Assembly (NCBI GenBank): GCA_951406725.2
Contig: OX597824.1
Span: 45,570,001 to 45,634,000, forward strand
DNA: 64,000 nucleotides
From: Octopus vulgaris
Lineage: Eukaryota
Direction of reading: 5' to 3'
In this document: piece after piece, positions 27,201 through 38,187 of the stretch
How positions within the stretch are numbered: the stretch's first letter is position 1
How the letters are laid out: every line of letters starts with the position of its first letter
Notes under the pieces: generated by a model
What the model was told of the DNA's origin: nothing
Seen by the model: only the letters and a program-made list of their open reading frames with translations
Databases searched by the model: none
Made by a program: the position numbers and the translations under genes

Positions 27201-28939
27201 GGCATACAAATGAACTTCTATACAGTCACTTAACCTAATAGCAATAACACCAAATTACATGTATAATTTGAACAGACTACAAATTTTACAGGATAACGAA
27301 AAAGATCTTAAGATGAGGAAGCGGATTAAATCCACTTTGAATTAGTTAAAGTGAAAAACTGGAGGAAAATGCACTAGATATATGTACAAGATACAAAATC
27401 ACAGAGGTATGTGTATGTGTAGGTGCTATGCACTTGGTAGGTACCTTGTATAGGAAGTTCATCTCTAATTAGAATATCAGATATACATAACAGTTTACTT
27501 ATAGGTACCCTATATTTTTAGAGGAAAAGATAGCTACAAAAGTTGTCCATCTGAGAAGGTAATGTTCATGGGAGTCAGCTAAATGGATAAAATTGAGATT
27601 TTAGAACTAGCTGGATTAAGTTTTCACTGAAGGTCAATATAGGATGTTTAGCTCTCATCTGTCAACCTGATTGGACTCAAGTAACATTGCTACTTGACAG
27701 AACAGCAAGTACACTTTTTGATTGTAAGTAAATCCTTTTTTGTAAAATGCTTGAAATTACAGTCATTGCTAGACCATTCTCAGCTGAAAGACTAGTCAAG
27801 GAGTGAAAAATGGCTTAAAAGAGATGACAAAATATGTATTTTCATAGAAGATGTAGGCTAAGATAACTCAATAGTGAAAATGAGAAAACTTAGTGAGGAT
27901 ACTCATTATTCTAGAATTACTGTAACCACGAAGGTACATACTGCACAGAAAGAGAGGTTAACTGGAAGGTAATAGGGACTGAAGCTGTCTAATATAAGGT
28001 AATACCAAGTCTGATACAATGGCAATATGGAATGCAGATGTATGTAAGTGTTTAGATCTACAACATTTTACCTTGTTAAAATCATGAACTACAAAGGGTT
28101 GCAGAAAATACCTAGCCAGGCACATATGTATGAAGAGAAAGCAGAAAAGCAAAGAAAAACTAAGGGTCATGCACTGTAAAACTGAACATACCTAGCTATG
28201 TCCCTGACATTGCCAGGGGGATATAGTTATACATCATCCCTTGTGACGAAATCTGTAGTGTACTTTGTTGTGGGATTAAATAGCTAACCTTTTGTGATAC
28301 CAACATAGCCTGGCACTGTTGGATTTTGTAATATTTAAGAAAAAATAGTCACTTTTTGTTTTTTACTTGTTATTAAGGCCCATTTAAGTTGGGTGCTTTG
28401 CTATTCGATGAAGTCTGATTTATTCCAAGATATTGTTTCATAATCTGAAACCTACCATTCAGAGCAAACACTCGTAGCCTTCTACTTTCTTGCAATGAAA
28501 ACCTGAAACCTAACATTCTACTTAGCAAATATTCAATTTCCTGCTACTGTTCCATTCCTTTTAATGTTTATCTCTTTCCTACTCTCTGATTGTGTTGGTA
28601 ACTTGCTTTAGGTGGTGTCTTAAAAATTTCAAATTCTTTTCTGTACTACATGAATCCACAATCTATGTTTTACATGTGTCACGAATAAATTTTAGCTTCC
28701 AACACCTTTCCATATAATGGTTTCATTACCATTATGACTTTCAACTTAAAAAATCATAACTCATAATGGATACAAATGTGTGTGTGTGTGTGTTTGCGTG
28801 TGAGAGAGAGAGAGAGAGAAAAAGAGAGTATGTGTGTGTGTGTCTGTATGGGCCTAACTATTTATAATATATAGGGAATCATGACATCATTCAAATGTCC
28901 ATATACATGTATATAAACACATGAAAAAGCATAAACATG

Positions 28940-28944
<5 letters not shown>

Positions 28945-28977
<33 letters not shown>

Positions 28978-29430
28978 TATGAAGGATATACATGTATATA
29001 TATGCATATGAAGGATATACATGTATATATATATATATATGGATATACATGTATGTATGTATGTATGTATATACACATATAAGTGCAGGCATGGCTGTGT
29101 AATAAGAAACTTGCTTCTCAACCACATGGTTCCGGGTTCAGGCCCGCTGTGTAGCATCTTGGGCAAGTGTCCTTTAGTATAGCTTCAGAAGGACCAAATT
29201 CTGGTGAGTGAATTTGGGGGAAGGAAACTGAAAGAAGCCTTCCGTGTGTGTGTGTGTGTGTGTCTATATATATATATATATACAAACATAAATATACATA
29301 TCTATGCATATATACATACATATATCTATGCATATATACATACATATATCTATACATATATACATACATATATCTATACATATATACATACGCATATATA
29401 TATACATATACACATATAAACATATCTATA
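28945..29430 (+). repeat. Compound TA-derived minisatellites (29-bp and 24-bp periods) flanking a SINE A 5' half (29083-29245)
   Basis: tatgcatatgaaggatatacatgtatata x2+; tatatctat(g/a)catatatacataca x4; gcaggcatggctgtgtaataag head between them. Confidence 0.8.
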
Positions 29431-30425
29431 CATTGCTGCTCTCAGCGAAACCAGGCTGCCGGGCGAAGGCGAACTACAGGAAAAAGGTGCAGGATACACT
29501 TTCTTTTGGAGTGGATGTGGACCTGAAGAGAGAAGAGAGGCTGGAGTTGGCTTTGCAGTTAAGCTGACATTAGCTGGCAAGTTGGCTGGTCCCCCAAAAG
29601 GTATGAATGATTGCCTAATGACGATGCGACTCCCCCTTTGTCGCGAACAGAAGTACACCACCATTATCAGCACCTATGCCCCCACCATGACGAATCCAAC
29701 TGAGACCAAGGACAAGTTCTATAAAGACTTGAGCTCTGTCATCACAGCGGCTCCCCGCACAGACAAACTCATCATTCTAGCTGACTTCAATGTGAGAGTT
29801 GGTCGTGATAGTGTCTCCTAGGAATGAGTGATTGGGAAACATGGAGTTGGCAACTGCAACAGCAATGGTCTGCTACTCCTCCAGACCTGTGCAGAGCATG
29901 GCCTCCTGATCACCAACACCACCTTTAACCTCCCCACCAACAACAGAACGTCATGGATGCAATCCCCACTCAAAGCACTGGTACCTCATTGACTATGTTA
30001 TCATAAGGAAGAGGGACAGGCAAGACGTACGAGTTACAAAGACCATGTGTGGCGCAGAAAGCTGGACAGACCACCGCCTTGTTGTATCCAAACTCAACCT
30101 TAGAGTTCAGCCTGAGAGGTGACCACAAAATAGGAAAGCACCAAAACACTTGAACATCAGCAAGCTAAAGGACAGCAACGTCAAGAAGCTATTTACCAAT
30201 ACATTGGAGCAACGCTTGGACCCCATTGTGCTACAAGGCAAGGATATTGAGGAAGCCTGGGCTGCACTCCGGGTGACGTTCTACGACACAGCCATGAATG
30301 CCTTGGGCCAGCTACAAAGAAGCACAAGGACTGGTTTGATGAGAACTGCACAGAGATCAAGCAACTACTAGAGGAAAAGCATCATATTTACAAAGCTCAC
30401 TTCACTGACCCTAAGTCACACAAAA
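29431..30425 (+). mobile_element. RTE (BovB-like) LINE fragment, AP endonuclease domain
   Basis: [62 protein letters not shown] motifs, with stops and a frameshift. Confidence 0.92.
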
Positions 30426-30466
30426 CAAAAAAATGGTAAAACAGGTCAGTTTATCAGAAATTCTTT

Positions 30467-31290
30467 GTAAACTTCTAAATATATCTCCTTCTGTATATAT
30501 ATATATATATACTGGGAAGTAGTCAGTGTTAGTGTGTGCTTGGTGGTGTTGTGTGGTGTGGTGGTGTATGGTGTAGGTGCGGGTGTAAGGGATGTGGGAG
30601 GTGGGATGGGAAGGTGGGGGTGGATTGTGGAGGGGTGACGATGAAGGGAGAAAGGGAAGGGAGTAGGTGGGTAGGAGTGAAGTAGGAGTCGGAGCAAGAG
30701 AGGAGAGGTGGGTGGGAGGAGGTTAGATGAAGGGGGAAGGAGAGTTGAGCCCATGTGGCGCAGAGGAGCAAAGAGAGAAGATTAATCCCTGTTCAGGATG
30801 CAAACGGGAGTCCAAATGGCCCTTGTGCAAGGACAATCTGAACACAGACAGGTGTTGCAAAGAGTTGAAATGGCACGAGAACGAGGTGTCTGTGTTGAGT
30901 CGGATGTGTTCCGCAAACCGGTCAGCCTAGCAACATCCCATTTGCCTAATGTATAGAGAAGGGCAGAGAGAGTAGGAGATGCAGTAGATGACATTGGTAG
31001 AAGTGCAGGTGGAGGAGTTGGTGAAATGATAGGGTCGATGATGGGTGCCGGTGAGGAGGGGTGGTGTTTGAGAGGTAAGGACAAGTGTGGCAGTGTGGAA
31101 CGAGCCGGGTCAGGAGGCTGGGTTAGAGAAGAAGCTATGGACCAAGAGGTCTTGAAGGTTGTGGGCTCAATTGAAGGTGGGGAGGGGTCAGTTAGGAATG
31201 ATGTGTTATGTGGAGGGGTTGGACTGGAGTCGGTGGAAGGTTCGGAGAATGGTGCATTGGAGAGATAGCATGGTGGTGGTGGTCAGTCAG
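30467..31290 (-). mobile_element. Penelope-like element 3' fragment: GIY-YIG endonuclease plus C-rich 3' region
   Basis: Minus strand: CHTCPYL...TCTSTNVIYCISYSLCPSLYI..ADRFAEHIR..SCHFNS..EQGLIFSL..APHGLN, the PLE GIY-YIG signature; ends near 30726. Confidence 0.85.
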
Positions 31291-31584
31291 AGGGGTATAG
31301 ATATATATATGTGTCTCCATTTTCTTATTTTGTATTATGAATTTGTGGTAAAACATTTTACCTTTGCCCATATAATACAATAAATTAATTAATTGTATCG
31401 CAATTCTTAACATTTATGTATTAACTCTGTTGGGTACTTCATTAGCAGTATAATGGATATATGTTATCCCATGGAGGGTTGCATTTACAACCCCTATCTC
31501 AATTTGTATATATATATATGTATATATATTTATATATGTATTTATATATATCTATCTATATATGTGTATCTATGTGTGTATATA

Positions 31585-31812
31585 TGTAAACTTCTAAATA
31601 TATCTCCTTCTGTATATATATATATACTGGGAAGTAGTCAGTGTTAGTGTGTGCGTGGTGGTGTTGTGTGGTGTGGTGGTGTTGTGTGGTGTGGTGGTGT
31701 ATGGTGTAGGTGCGGGTGTAAGGGATGTGGGAGGTGGGATGGGAAGGTGGGGGTGGATTGTGGAGGGGTGACGATGAAGGGAGAAAGGGAAGGGAGTAGG
31801 TGGGTAGGAGTG
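31585..31812. repeat. Near-identical local copy of 30467-30679
   Basis: gtaaacttctaaatatatctccttctg...gagtaggtgggtaggagtg repeated, with one extra 18-bp unit. Confidence 0.9.
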
Positions 31813-31865
31813 TATATATGTATTTATATATCTATCTATATATGTGTATCTATGTGTGTATATAT

Positions 31866-32022
31866 ACACACTCTCGGAGTGGTTGGCGTTAGGAAGGGCA
31901 TCCAGCTGTAGAAACACTGCCAGATCTGACTGGACTGGTGCAGCTTTCGGGCTCCCCAGACCCCAGTTGAACCGTCCAACCCATGCTAGCACGGAAAGCG
32001 GACGTTAAATGATGATGATGAT
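31866..32022 (+). mobile_element. Young RTE 3'-tail fragment
   Basis: ggagtggttggcgttaggaagggcatccagctgtagaaac...acccatgctagcacggaaagcggacgttaaatgatgatgatgatg; CpGs intact. Confidence 0.8.
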
Positions 32023-32103
32023 GTATATATATTTGTGTGTATATATATGCATATATCTATCTATATGTGTGTGTGTGTGTGCGTGCATATATGTGTGTGT
32101 GTG

Positions 32104-32134
<31 letters not shown>

Positions 32135-32197
32135 ATAAGTATATATGCATGTATATAAATAAATGGAGTTTAACGCAGGTGTTATTCAAATTATTTT

Positions 32198-32286
32198 ACT
32201 TCTGACACATGTTTCAAAGATATCACTGATATTATTCCAAAGGAATAAAATGGTGTAAAACAATGTAATCTTCTCTTCAGGGAAGT
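32198..32286 (-). ncRNA. Minimal type I hammerhead ribozyme-like motif (slightly decayed)
   Basis: Minus strand acttcc-CTGAAGA-gaagat...atcttt-GAAAC-atgt-GTC-agaagt: both conserved core boxes, GUC triplet, pairing stems I and II, palindromic ACAUGU stem-loop III. Confidence 0.65.
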
Positions 32287-32847
32287 GAAGAAATGAAACT
32301 TGTCAATAAGACATTTTAACAGAAAATGATAGATATGTATAGTGATTTACTGAATGCTATTAATACAGTTTGAAAAAATGTTATACGATATAACGTCAGC
32401 GGTAGCCTCTAGATAGAGGAGGGATAAATTAAGGAAAAGTTGAATAAATGAGAAGTATATAACTATATATATATATTAAATAAAACCTTATAAACTAGGA
32501 AAATATATATATTTTTTAGTGAATGTTATATATAAAAAGAAAATTAACGTTTAAATTATATATAATGATAGAGATTACTTATATGAACTAAAGGTCTGTT
32601 TTTGTCAATATTTACATCGGTATGCACACTCTATAACTGTGTTTACTAGGGGATTTTTAGAAAAAATAATGAAAAATATTATACAAAAAATTTCACGTAA
32701 ACCTGAAGTTTCTACCTTCAAAAACAAGGAGTTACAACCTCTTTACTTGTGTGATTTTTTGCTACTCTGGTAACTATTTATCTATTTTTTCCATGTTAAT
32801 TGTTAACAAGGGAAAAATACACACAACTATTTATATATATGTATATA

Positions 32848-32897
<50 letters not shown>

Positions 32898-32969
32898 AGT
32901 GTGTGTATGTATATATATATGTGTGTGTGTGTATATATATGTATATATATATGTGTGTGTGTATATATA

Positions 32970-33006
<37 letters not shown>

Positions 33007-33014
33007 GTGTATGT

Positions 33015-34110
33015 AGCCAAAGATAAGCAAATACCTAGCGAAAGATAAGAAATACCTAGCCAAAGATAAGCCCCTGTACCTGGCTTTTGTTGACATGGAG
33101 AAAGCCTTTGACAGGGTCCCCCCCCCGATCCCTTATCTGGTGGTCAATGAGGAAACTAGGGATAGATGAATGGTTAGTGAGAGCTGTGCAAGCCATGTAC
33201 TGGGACGCTGTAAGTAAGGTGAGGGTTGTCAACAAGTACACTGAAGAATTCAGGGTAGAGGTAGGGGTCCACCAAGGTTCAGTCCTCAGCCCCTTCCTAT
33301 TTATCATAGTCCTCCAGGCAATAATGGAAGAATTCAAGACAGGATGCCCCTGGGAGTTCCTCTATGCTGATGACCTTGCTCTAATTGCTGAGTCACTATC
33401 AGAACTAGAGGAGAAGTTTCAAGTGAGGAAACAAGGATTAGAATCGAAGGGCCTAAGAATCAACCTAGCTAAAACCAAAGTCCTAATAAGTAGGAAGGCA
33501 GGCAAACCACAAATCCCTTCAGGTAGATGTCCCTGCTCAATCTGTAATAGAGGCGTAGGTAGAAACTCTATAAGCTGTACCCAGTGTACGCTATGGACAC
33601 ATAAGAGGTGCAGTAATCTCAAAGGAAGTCTAATTGGGAAGATAGTTTTTGTATGTGGCAGATGCTTGGGAGCAATAAACACTGAAAATGCGCAGAGAAC
33701 AACTTCCGCCACATTCCAGGAAGAAAAACTAGAAGTAGTTGATAGGTTCCGTTACCTAGGTGACCAAGTCAGTAGCGGAGGAGGGTGCACTGAAAGTGTA
33801 GCTGCTTGAATAAGAATAGCTTGGGCAAAGTTCAGAGAGCTCTTAACTCTGCTGGTGACAAAGGGACTCTTGCTCAGAGTAAAAGGTAGACTGTATGACG
33901 CTACATGGCAGTGAAACATGGGCTGTGACTGCTGAGGACATGTGTAAGCTCGCAACGAATGAAGCCAGTATGATCCGATGGATGTGTAATGTCAGTGTGC
34001 ATACTCGACAGAGTGTAAGTACCTTGAGAGAAAAGTTGGACTTAAGAAGCATCAGATGTGGTGTGTAAGAGAGACGTTTGCGCTGGTATGGTCATGTGAC
34101 GAGAATGGAT
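33015..34110 (+). mobile_element. RTE LINE RT fragment with PHD finger inside the RT (subfamily 1)
   Basis: VDMEKAFDRVP, GVHQGSVLSPFLF, YADD, KTK, C4HC3 finger (33534-33665), FRYLG, RWYGHV. Confidence 0.93.
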
Positions 34111-35252
34111 GTTTTTGTATATTTTCAGATCATTAAAATGGAATGTCAAGTTAAGAAAAACGAGCTTTTTCGACACTTCTTTTTGCTTTTAATCAAGGTT
34201 CTAAGGCTGCAAAAGCTGCTCACGACATTTGTGCTGTGTATGGAGAGGGTGCCATAGCTGAAAGAACCGCTCGTGATTGGTATGCCAAGTTCAAAACTGG
34301 AAATTTTGACCTCAAAGATGCACCTTATTCTGGCCGTGCAGTTGAATTCAATAAAGAACACTTAAACCAACTTTTGCATGAAAATTCTTGTCAAACGACA
34401 AGGGAACTGGCAGAGAAAATGGAATGCATCCACACTGCTATAGAGAAGCGTCTTCACTTGATGGATAAGGCTCAGAAGCATAGAGCTTGTGTTCTGCATA
34501 CTTTCAGTGACGACAGCAAAAATCAATGAACCAGAATCTCTGCTGGTATGCTTGCTCGTCACTGCTCAACTCATGGACACAAACAATGATTTCTTTACTG
34601 AATCGTTACTAGTGACAAGAAATGATAATTGTACATCAATATGAAGCAGCCTAAGGAATGGCTTAGTCCCAGTAGACAAGCGACACTGCGCGTGAAACAA
34701 GATCTTCATCCACGTAAAATGATGTTGTGCGTATGGGGGACTGGGACAGGGTTATCCATTATGAATAGCTTGAACGCAACCAAACGTTCAATGCGGAACT
34801 CTATGCTCAAGAGATGGAATGACTCAACACGGCTATACAAGAGAAAAGTCCTAATCATCAACATGGAGTTCTGCTGCACGACAACACCCGCTCTCATATC
34901 GCCAATATGACCAAGGAAGCCATTCAAATGCATGGCTGGGAGTGCTGCCACACCCACCGTGCTCTCCTGATTTGGCACCAATGGATTTCCACCTCTTTCA
35001 ATCTCTTTGAAATGGTATTCGCAGAGTTTTATTCAATACTGATGTAGAATTGAGAGTGTGGTTGGGTCAATTTTTTGAGTCGAAATCAGGTGATTTCTAC
35101 CAATGAAGTATAGAAAATCTTGTTGAAATCTGCGAAGATGATCCAAACAACAAAGGTGAATACATTATTGATTAATTAGTTGTTATTTTTTTTATTAAAC
35201 CTTTTAAAAAATTTGAATTTACAAAAAGAGTGGGAACTTAGTTGCCAACCTA

Positions 35253-35255
<3 letters not shown>
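34111..35255 (+). mobile_element. mariner (DD34D-type) transposon, defective, left TIR missing
   Basis: MECQVKKNE start, VYGEGAIAERTARDWYAKFKTGNFDLKDAP.SGR HTH, LHDN, SPDLAPMDFHLF; right end gggaacttagttgccaacctagta runs into (TA)n. Confidence 0.92.
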
Positions 35256-35292
<37 letters not shown>

Positions 35293-35295
<3 letters not shown>

Positions 35296-35360
35296 TAGAA
35301 CCGTCCAACCCATGCTAGCATGGAAAGCGGACGATAAATGATGACGATGATGATGATGAT
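35293..35360 (+). mobile_element. RTE extreme 3' tail
   Basis: gaaccgtccaacccatgctagcatggaaagcggacgataaatgatgacgatgatgatgat. Confidence 0.8.
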
Positions 35361-36062
35361 AGTGGTCCCTCGCTACTTCATGGTTCAAATATCTTGGATT
35401 TATGACTTTGCGGATTTAAAAAATATATATATAAATATATGAACACCTAGAGACATAGACGTGTTATTAGACTGCCACCCCCAGCCACTAACCGGCGCAG
35501 ACCTCAAAGACTTGACAAAGTCGGACAGCAAAGAAGAAACGGAAGTTGTCGACCAAACTGGCTTGACTTTGGAATGGCTGGTCAAGCTCTGCAACCTGGC
35601 TAAAGAATTGAAAGAGGGCTCACAGGAATGGGACGACGATATGGTTTGGTCTGTGCAACTTTGCAACAAGGTCGATGAAGTCATGAATCCCTACAAGATG
35701 CTCTTTGAACGGAAAAACAAGCAGCAGCAGCAACTTCCCATCACAATGGTTTTGCAGCCTTGCAAAAAAGAGCCAGTTCCTGCTGCTACTACTATGGTTG
35801 CGCCTTCGGAAAAGTGAAAGAGGTGTCTCAGGAAAGGGCACCGTCATCAGCTTCATCATCATAATTTCTACTGCACAGCAAATTCATCACCATCATCATT
35901 CAAATTTTACTTCAACTTCTTTCGTGTTGAGTACAGTAGCAATCTTTACTTTTTTAATCTAAAGTGTTATTGCTTAACTGTTGTCCTTGTTATTAATAGA
36001 CTACTATAATGGGCGGATTGTTAACAGTACAGGGATGGTTTTAAAAGTCCAAATACACGTTA
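35361..36062 (+). mobile_element. Tigger/pogo-like internally deleted DNA transposon
   Basis: agtggtccctcgctacttc..ttgcggattt TIR-like start. ORF 35461-35817 (LLDCHPQPLT..GLTLE..WDDDM..YKMLF..KQQQQLPITM) matches Tigger transposase C-termini. No right TIR seen. Confidence 0.75.
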
Positions 36063-36132
36063 AATAAATACATATATATACATATATAAACACATGTATA
36101 TATATATATATATATATATGCATATATATATG

Positions 36133-36172
<40 letters not shown>

Positions 36173-36214
36173 TATATATGTATGTATATATATATGTTTA
36201 TATATGTATGTATG

Positions 36215-36245
<31 letters not shown>

Positions 36246-36403
36246 GTTTATATATGTATGTATGTATATATATATATGTGTGTATTTATGTATATATATA
36301 TGTGTGTATTTATGTATATATATATGTGTGTATTTATGTATGTATATATATAAACATATATATACACACACACACATATATATATATGTACACATACATA
36401 TAT
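36063..36403. repeat. Compound (TA/TG/CA) microsatellite with 20-bp higher-order units
   Basis: tatatatatgtgtgtatttatg-like unit x3 inside a TA-rich tract. Confidence 0.9.
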
Positions 36404-37422
36404 AAACTCCCTTCCACATGCCTGACAGATATGATTAGTATGGTGTGTAACACCACCACCAGCAGCCTGGTTGTCAATCATTGGTCTCACTTTATGTCTA
36501 TGAAGATGACTCTTGAGTCCAGCTTTACTGAGGCAGGGTCTTGCCCAGACACTACTTGTCAGCATCATAGGAAGACCCATACTATCTGGAAGCACAACAG
36601 GGATGCCCTTCCTAAGAGACCTTTTGTATGCAGGTGATTGTGATCTAGTAGCGCAAACAGAGATTGACATGCAACACATTTTGAATGCATTCTCTGATGC
36701 TTGCACTGCTTTAAGATTGACAGTCAGTCTCAAGAAAACTGTTGTGATGTACCAATCTGCGCCTGGTAAGCAGTATACTGAACCAAATATCTATGTGTAT
36801 GGTAAACGACATGGTGTAGTTGATCAGTTTGTCTACCTGGGAAGCTCTTTTAATAGATATAGCAATTCGGATAATAAAATTCCATACAGAATTAGGAAAG
36901 CAAGTGATGCTTTCGGAAGGCTAGAAAGGTGCCTCAGGAGTTGGCGAGACATGTGGAGAAGACAAAGATAAAGGTGTACAAGACGTATGTGTTCTATTCT
37001 CTTTATGCCTGCGAGACAAGGGTCACATATCAATACCACCTTAAACAACAGCAACATTTCCATCAGATGCATCTCAGACAGATCTATGGCAATAAGTGGG
37101 AGGACCGCATCAGTGATCTTGAGATATTGGAAAGCTTTTGGTGTGAAAGTATAGAAGCTCTTGTGTTGAAGCAAAGGCTCTGATGGAGTGGTCATTTGGT
37201 CAGGATGAAAGATTCAAGGATGCCAAAACAACACTTTTATGGAGAGTTAATTAAAGGAGAATGTCCACTTAAACCAAGAAAGAGGTATAAAGACTTGCTG
37301 AAGGCTTCCTTAGGAGGTGCTATCATCTCACCTAACATATGAGAGGGCATAGCTATTGACTGTAGCAGGTGGAGAAGGATTGTGTACGAGGGGACAGCTA
37401 CTTTTGAGAAATCTTGAGTTAC
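36404..37422. mobile_element. RTE (BovB-like) LINE with internal inversion: RT/thumb on + (36612-37422), C-terminal zinc-finger region on - (36404-36615)
   Basis: +: [40 protein letters not shown]. -: [30 protein letters not shown]. Confidence 0.85.
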
Positions 37423-37568
37423 ATCAAAATAAGCAACAAGGATATCCAGAGTTAATGCAGTATGATCATTTCATGTGATCCATTTAATTTTGCATTGTTC
37501 AATTAAATGGAGTTGCATGAAACGATCGTATTGCATTACCTCTGGATATCCTCGTTGCTTATTTTGAT
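37423..37568. repeat. Long inverted repeat (~67-bp arms, ~11-nt loop)
   Basis: atcaaaataagcaacaaggatatccagag...ccatttaatt / aattaaatgg...ctctggatatcctcgttgcttattttgat. Confidence 0.9.
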
Positions 37569-37692
37569 TATAATCACCCCATTTTGAATTATATGGATAA
37601 TACCATACTAAATTCTGGTACCTTTAACTTAAGTACCATATTCATCTGAATCTATATATGTATGAGTACATGTGTATGTATATGTGTGTGTG

Positions 37693-37723
<31 letters not shown>

Positions 37724-38187
37724 GTGTATACACATGTACTCATACATATATATATACCTATGTATACACACATTATACATTCATATATATATATATATAA
37801 CATCAACATTTTAATGTTCACTTTTCTGTATTTACATGGGTTGGATGGAATCTGTTGAAGCAAATTTTCTATGGCTGGATGCCCTTCATGTCACTAACCC
37901 ACATGTCTGAAAGTCATTTTTGTGCATGACCAGGCATTCTTTTCACAGAAGATTCTAGATGGATTAAGGACACTCTTTGCATGATAGTGACACTTGCTTT
38001 ACAACTATCATGCAAAGTCAAGGCAAGTAGCCAATAGCACACAATCCACACATAATATATATATACAGAATGGGGTTCTTTCAGTCATCCTGTACCATAT
38101 CCATTCACAAGGCTTTGGTTACAGTGGAAGACACTTGCCCAGGAAGCCATGCAGTGGAACTGAACCCAAAATCATTCACACTCACAC

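Noticed and set aside
27560-28290. Possible degraded RT or DIRS-like relic
   Set aside because: No motif could be read with confidence.
35461-35817. Domesticated TIGD-like host gene
   Set aside because: Only the C-terminal part, directly behind a TIR-like end; no DNA-binding or catalytic domain.
28862-37863. Many YIYI/HTHT/VCVC-type ORFs (also near 6.8, 21.3, 23.5, 46-48, 60-63 kb)
   Set aside because: Translations of TA/TG/CA microsatellites, which lack stop codons.
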